A DNA stretch of 64,000 nucleotides, taken from the sequence record PZ019086.1; one strand, 5' to 3'. The first letter of the stretch is position 1, and each line of letters begins with the position of its first letter. The position numbers and the translations under genes are program-made. This document shows, piece by piece, positions 58,359 to 64,000 of this stretch. Below the pieces are notes generated by a model that was not told the origin of the DNA, ran no database searches, and saw only the letters and a program-made list of their open reading frames with translations. The stretch comes from a phage.

Positions 58359-59938
58359 GTAATAATACATACCAACACGTTTCTAATGAATCTCGCTATG
58401 TAAAATTTGATCCAACTGGCACAAATTTTCCAGCAGAGATTACTGATGTTCAGGCTGCTATAGCAGCCATTTCTCCTGCTGGTGTAAATGGAGTTCCTGA
58501 CGCATCATCAACAACAAAGGGAATTTTATTTCTTGCCACTGAACAGGAAGTTATCGATGGAACTAATAATACCAAAGCAGTTACACCAGCAACGTTGGCA
58601 ACAAGATTATCTTATCCAAACGCAACTGAAACTGTTTACGGATTAACAAGATATTCAACCAATGATGAAGCAATTGCCGGAGTTAATAATGAATCTTCTA
58701 TAACTCCTGCTAAATTTACTGTTGCCCTTAATAATGCCTTTGAAACTCGTGTTTCAACTGAATCATCAAATGGAGTTATTAAAATTTCATCTCTACCGCA
58801 AGCATTAGCTGGCGCAGATGATACTACTGCGATGACTCCATTAAAAACACAACAGTTAGCTATTAAACTAATTGCACAAATCGCTCCTTCTGAAACCACA
58901 GCTACCGAATCGGACCAAGGTGTTGTTCAATTAGCGACAGTAGCTCAAGTTCGTCAAGGAACCTTAAGAGAAGGCTATGCAATTTCTCCTTATACGTTAA
59001 TGAATTCTACTGCTACTGAAGAATATAAAGGCGTAATTAAATTAGGAACACAATCAGAAGTTAACTCGAATAATGCTTCTGTTGCGGTTACTGGCGCAAC
59101 TCTTAATGGTCGTGGTTCTACAACGTCAATGAGAGGCGTAGTTAAATTAACTACAACCGCCGGCTCACAGAGTGGAGGCGATGCTTCATCAGCACTAGCT
59201 TGGAATGCTGACGTTATCCACCAAAGAGGTGGTCAAACGATTAATGGAACACTTCGCATTAATAATACGCTCACAATAGCTTCAGGTGGAGCAAATATTA
59301 CCGGAACAGTTAACATGACTGGTGGTTATATTCAAGGTAAGCGTGTTGTAACACAGAATGAAATAGATAGAACTATTCCTGTTGGAGCTATTATGATGTG
59401 GGCGGCAGATAGTCTTCCTAGTGATGCTTGGCGCTTCTGTCATGGTGGAACTGTTTCTGCGTCAGATTGCCCATTATATGCTTCTAGAATTGGAACAAGA
59501 TACGGTGGAAGCTCATCAAATCCTGGATTGCCTGACATGCGTGGTCTTTTTGTTCGTGGCTCTGGTCGCGGCTCTCACTTAACAAATCCAAATGTTAATG
59601 GTAATGACCAATTTGGTAAGCCTAGATTAGGTGTAGGTTGTACCGGTGGATATGTTGGTGAAGTACAAAAACAGCAGATGTCTTATCATAAACACGCTGG
59701 CGGATTTGGTGAATGGGATGATTCTGGAGCATTCGGTAATACCCGTAGATCAAATTTTGTTGGTACACGTAAAGGACTTGACTGGGATAACCGTTCATAC
59801 TTCACCAATGATGGATATGAAATTGACCCAGCATCACAACGAAATTCTAGATACACACTAAATCGTCCTGAGTTAATTGGAAATGAAACACGTCCATGGA
59901 ACATTTCTTTAAACTACATAATTAAGGTAAAAGAATGA
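58355..59938 (+). CDS. 12: Short tail fibre protein gp12
   Basis: 527 aa; Gly/Thr/Ser/Ala-rich fibrous repeats. Confidence 0.9.
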   Translation: MSNNTYQHVSNESRYVKFDPTGTNFPAEITDVQAAIAAISPAGVNGVPDASSTTKGILFLATEQEVIDGTNNTKAVTPATLATRLSYPNATETVYGLTRYSTNDEAIAGVNNESSITPAKFTVALNNAFETRVSTESSNGVIKISSLPQALAGADDTTAMTPLKTQQLAIKLIAQIAPSETTATESDQGVVQLATVAQVRQGTLREGYAISPYTLMNSTATEEYKGVIKLGTQSEVNSNNASVAVTGATLNGRGSTTSMRGVVKLTTTAGSQSGGDASSALAWNADVIHQRGGQTINGTLRINNTLTIASGGANITGTVNMTGGYIQGKRVVTQNEIDRTIPVGAIMMWAADSLPSDAWRFCHGGTVSASDCPLYASRIGTRYGGSSSNPGLPDMRGLFVRGSGRGSHLTNPNVNGNDQFGKPRLGVGCTGGYVGEVQKQQMSYHKHAGGFGEWDDSGAFGNTRRSNFVGTRKGLDWDNRSYFTNDGYEIDPASQRNSRYTLNRPELIGNETRPWNISLNYIIKVKE

Positions 59939-61398
59939 CAGATATTGTACTGAATGACTTACCATTCGTTGACGGCCCTCCTGCAGAGGGCCAGAGCCGC
60001 ATTTCCTGGATTAAAAACGGCGAAGAAATATTAGGAGCTGACACACAGTATGGAAGTGAAGGTTCAATGAATAGACCTACAGTTTCTGTACTAAGAAATG
60101 TTGAAGTTCTTGATAAAAACATTGGAATACTCAAAACATCTTTAGAATCCGCGAATAGTGATATTAAAACAATTCAGGGCATCTTAGATGTATCTGGTGA
60201 TATTGAAGCTTTGGCCCAAATAAGTATCAATAAAAAGGATATTTCTGACCTTAAAACGCTTACCAGTGAACATACAGAAATATTAAATGGAACTAATAAC
60301 ACGGTTGATAGCATTCTTGCTGATATTGGTCCATTTAACTCCGAGGCCAACTCTGTATACAGAACGATCAGAAATGATTTACTGTGGATAAAGCGTGAAC
60401 TTGGACAATACACGGGTCAAGATATTAATGGTCTTCCTGTTGTAGGAAATCCTAGCACAGGAATGAAGCATCGCATTATTAATAATACTGATGTCATTAC
60501 TTCACAGGGAATACGTTTAAGCGAATTAGAAACAAAATTTATTGAATCTGATGTAGGTTCTTTAACTATTGAAGTTGGTAATCTTCGTGAAGAGCTTGGG
60601 CCAAAACCACCATCGTTTTCACAAACCGTCTACAGCCGCTTAAATGAAATTGACACTAAACAGACAACAGTTGAGTCTGACATTAGTGCTATTAAGACCT
60701 CAATAGGATATCCAGGAAATAATTCGATTATCACGAGTGTTAATACAAACACTGATAATATTGCATCTATTAATTTAGAGCTAAATCAAAGTGGAGGTAT
60801 TAAACAGCGTTTAACCGTTATTGAAACTTCTATTGGTTCAGATGATATTCCTTCGAGTATTAAAGGCCAAATCAAAGATAATACAACTTCAATCGAAGCT
60901 CTAAATGGAATCGTCGGTGAAAACACTTCATCCGGTTTAAGAGCGAATGTTTCGTGGTTAAACCAAATTGTTGGAACTGATTCTAGCGGTGGACAACCTT
61001 CTCCTCCTGGGTCTCTTTTAAACCGAGTTTCTACAATTGAAACTTCTGTTTCAGGCTTGAATAACGATGTTCAAAACCTACAAGTAGAGATTGGTAATAA
61101 CAGCGCAGGAATTAAAGGGCAAGTTGTAGCGTTAAATACTTTAGTAAATGGAACTAATCCAAATGGTTCAACTGTCGAAGAACGTGGATTAACCAATTCA
61201 ATAAAAGCTAACGAAACCAACATTGCATCAGTTACACAAGAAGTGAATACAGCCAAAGGTAGTATATCTTCTCTGCAAGGCGATGTTCAAGCTCTACAAG
61301 AAGCAGGTTATATTCCTGAAGCTCCAAAAGATGGTCAAGCTTACGTTCGTAAAGACGGCGAATGGGTATTACTTTCTACCTTTTTATCACCAGCATAA
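59935..61398 (+). CDS. wac: Fibritin (whisker/collar protein)
   Basis: 487 aa; segmented coiled coil; ends with foldon-like [27 protein letters not shown]. Confidence 0.9.
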   Translation: MTDIVLNDLPFVDGPPAEGQSRISWIKNGEEILGADTQYGSEGSMNRPTVSVLRNVEVLDKNIGILKTSLESANSDIKTIQGILDVSGDIEALAQISINKKDISDLKTLTSEHTEILNGTNNTVDSILADIGPFNSEANSVYRTIRNDLLWIKRELGQYTGQDINGLPVVGNPSTGMKHRIINNTDVITSQGIRLSELETKFIESDVGSLTIEVGNLREELGPKPPSFSQTVYSRLNEIDTKQTTVESDISAIKTSIGYPGNNSIITSVNTNTDNIASINLELNQSGGIKQRLTVIETSIGSDDIPSSIKGQIKDNTTSIEALNGIVGENTSSGLRANVSWLNQIVGTDSSGGQPSPPGSLLNRVSTIETSVSGLNNDVQNLQVEIGNNSAGIKGQVVALNTLVNGTNPNGSTVEERGLTNSIKANETNIASVTQEVNTAKGSISSLQGDVQALQEAGYIPEAPKDGQAYVRKDGEWVLLSTFLSPA

Positions 61399-61401
61399 CA
61401 T

Positions 61402-61429
61402 GGGGCCGCAAGGCCCCAAAGGATTTTTA
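61402..61429 (+). terminator. Stem-loop after wac
   Basis: ggggccgcaaggcccc followed by aaaggattttt. Confidence 0.45.
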
Positions 61430-61430
61430 A

Positions 61431-63132
<1,702 letters not shown>

Positions 63133-63173
63133 TAAATATTATAAACTAATTAAAGCCCAGATTAGGAGAAATC

Positions 63174-63992
63174 ATGTTTGGTTATTTTTATAATTCGTCT
63201 TTTAGACGATATGCTACCTTGATGGGCGATTTGTTTTCAAATATCCAAATCAAACGTCAGTTAGAATCTGGTGATAAGTTTATACGTGTTCCTATTACGT
63301 ATGCATCAAAGGAACACTTCATGATGAAATTAAATAAATGGACATCGATAAATTCACAAGAAGATGTAGCTAAAGTTGAAACTATTCTACCTCGTATAAA
63401 TTTACATTTAGTTGATTTTAGCTATAATGCTCCATTTAAAACAAACATTTTAAATCAGAATTTACTGCAAAAAGGCGCAACTTCTGTAGTATCACAGTAT
63501 AATCCATCTCCTATTAAAATGATTTATGAATTGAGTATCTTTACTCGCTACGAAGATGATATGTTTCAAATAGTTGAACAGATTCTTCCATATTTTCAAC
63601 CTCATTTTAATACAACTATGTACGAACAGTTTGGAAATGATATTCCATTTAAAAGGGATATTAAAATTGTACTGATGTCTGCTGCTATAGACGAATCTAT
63701 AGATGGAGATAATTTATCTCGTCGTAGAATTGAATGGTCACTAACATTTGAAGTAAACGGATGGATGTATCCTCCAGTAGATGATGCAGAAGGATTAATT
63801 CGTACTACTTATACAGATTTTCACGCCAATACAAGAGATTTGCCTGATGGCGAAGGTGTTTTTGAATCTGTCGATAGCGAAGTTGTTCCTCGAGATATTA
63901 ACCCAGAAGACTGGGATGGAACAGTAAAACAAACTTTCACTAGCAATGTAAATAGACCAACACCGCCAGAACCTCCTGGCCCAAGAACATAG
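63174..63992 (+). CDS. 15: Tail sheath stabiliser / tail completion protein gp15
   Basis: 272 aa, equal to T4 gp15. Confidence 0.85.
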   Translation: MFGYFYNSSFRRYATLMGDLFSNIQIKRQLESGDKFIRVPITYASKEHFMMKLNKWTSINSQEDVAKVETILPRINLHLVDFSYNAPFKTNILNQNLLQKGATSVVSQYNPSPIKMIYELSIFTRYEDDMFQIVEQILPYFQPHFNTTMYEQFGNDIPFKRDIKIVLMSAAIDESIDGDNLSRRRIEWSLTFEVNGWMYPPVDDAEGLIRTTYTDFHANTRDLPDGEGVFESVDSEVVPRDINPEDWDGTVKQTFTSNVNRPTPPEPPGPRT

Positions 63993-64000
63993 AGGTTATT

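Overview
This window reads as a contiguous piece of a T4-like (T-even) coliphage genome. Gene order, sizes and motifs match the T4 map from gene 46 through gene 15, by recall and not by any search. The minus strand (1-44456) carries a densely packed early/middle array: 46, a Mob-like HNH endonuclease, 47, a-gt, 55, nrdH, nrdG, an intronless nrdD, 49, nrdC, many small unknown ORFs, rI, tk, a macro-domain protein, regB, a GrcA-like glycyl-radical protein, an internal-protein cassette, e (lysozyme), nudE, ten tRNAs, ipI, 57B (Acb1-like), 57A, 1, 3, 2 and 4. The plus strand (44504-63992) carries the late baseplate/tail operon: 53, 5, an unrecognised 678-aa ORF, 6, 7, 8, 9, 10, 11, 12, wac, 13, 14 and 15. 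The most unusual feature is that large unknown ORF, translationally coupled between the hub/lysozyme gene 5 and wedge gene 6. Other accessory signals worth follow-up are a tandem array of four paralogous genes, a nucleotidyltransferase-fold protein next to a P-loop ATPase, a macro-domain protein, a hypervariable internal-protein cassette, two tRNAs (Tyr, Asn) beyond the T4 set as I recall it, and recurring early-promoter and tetraloop-hairpin motifs. No CRISPR array or integrase was seen. All homology statements are from motif recognition and memory of T4 and need database confirmation.
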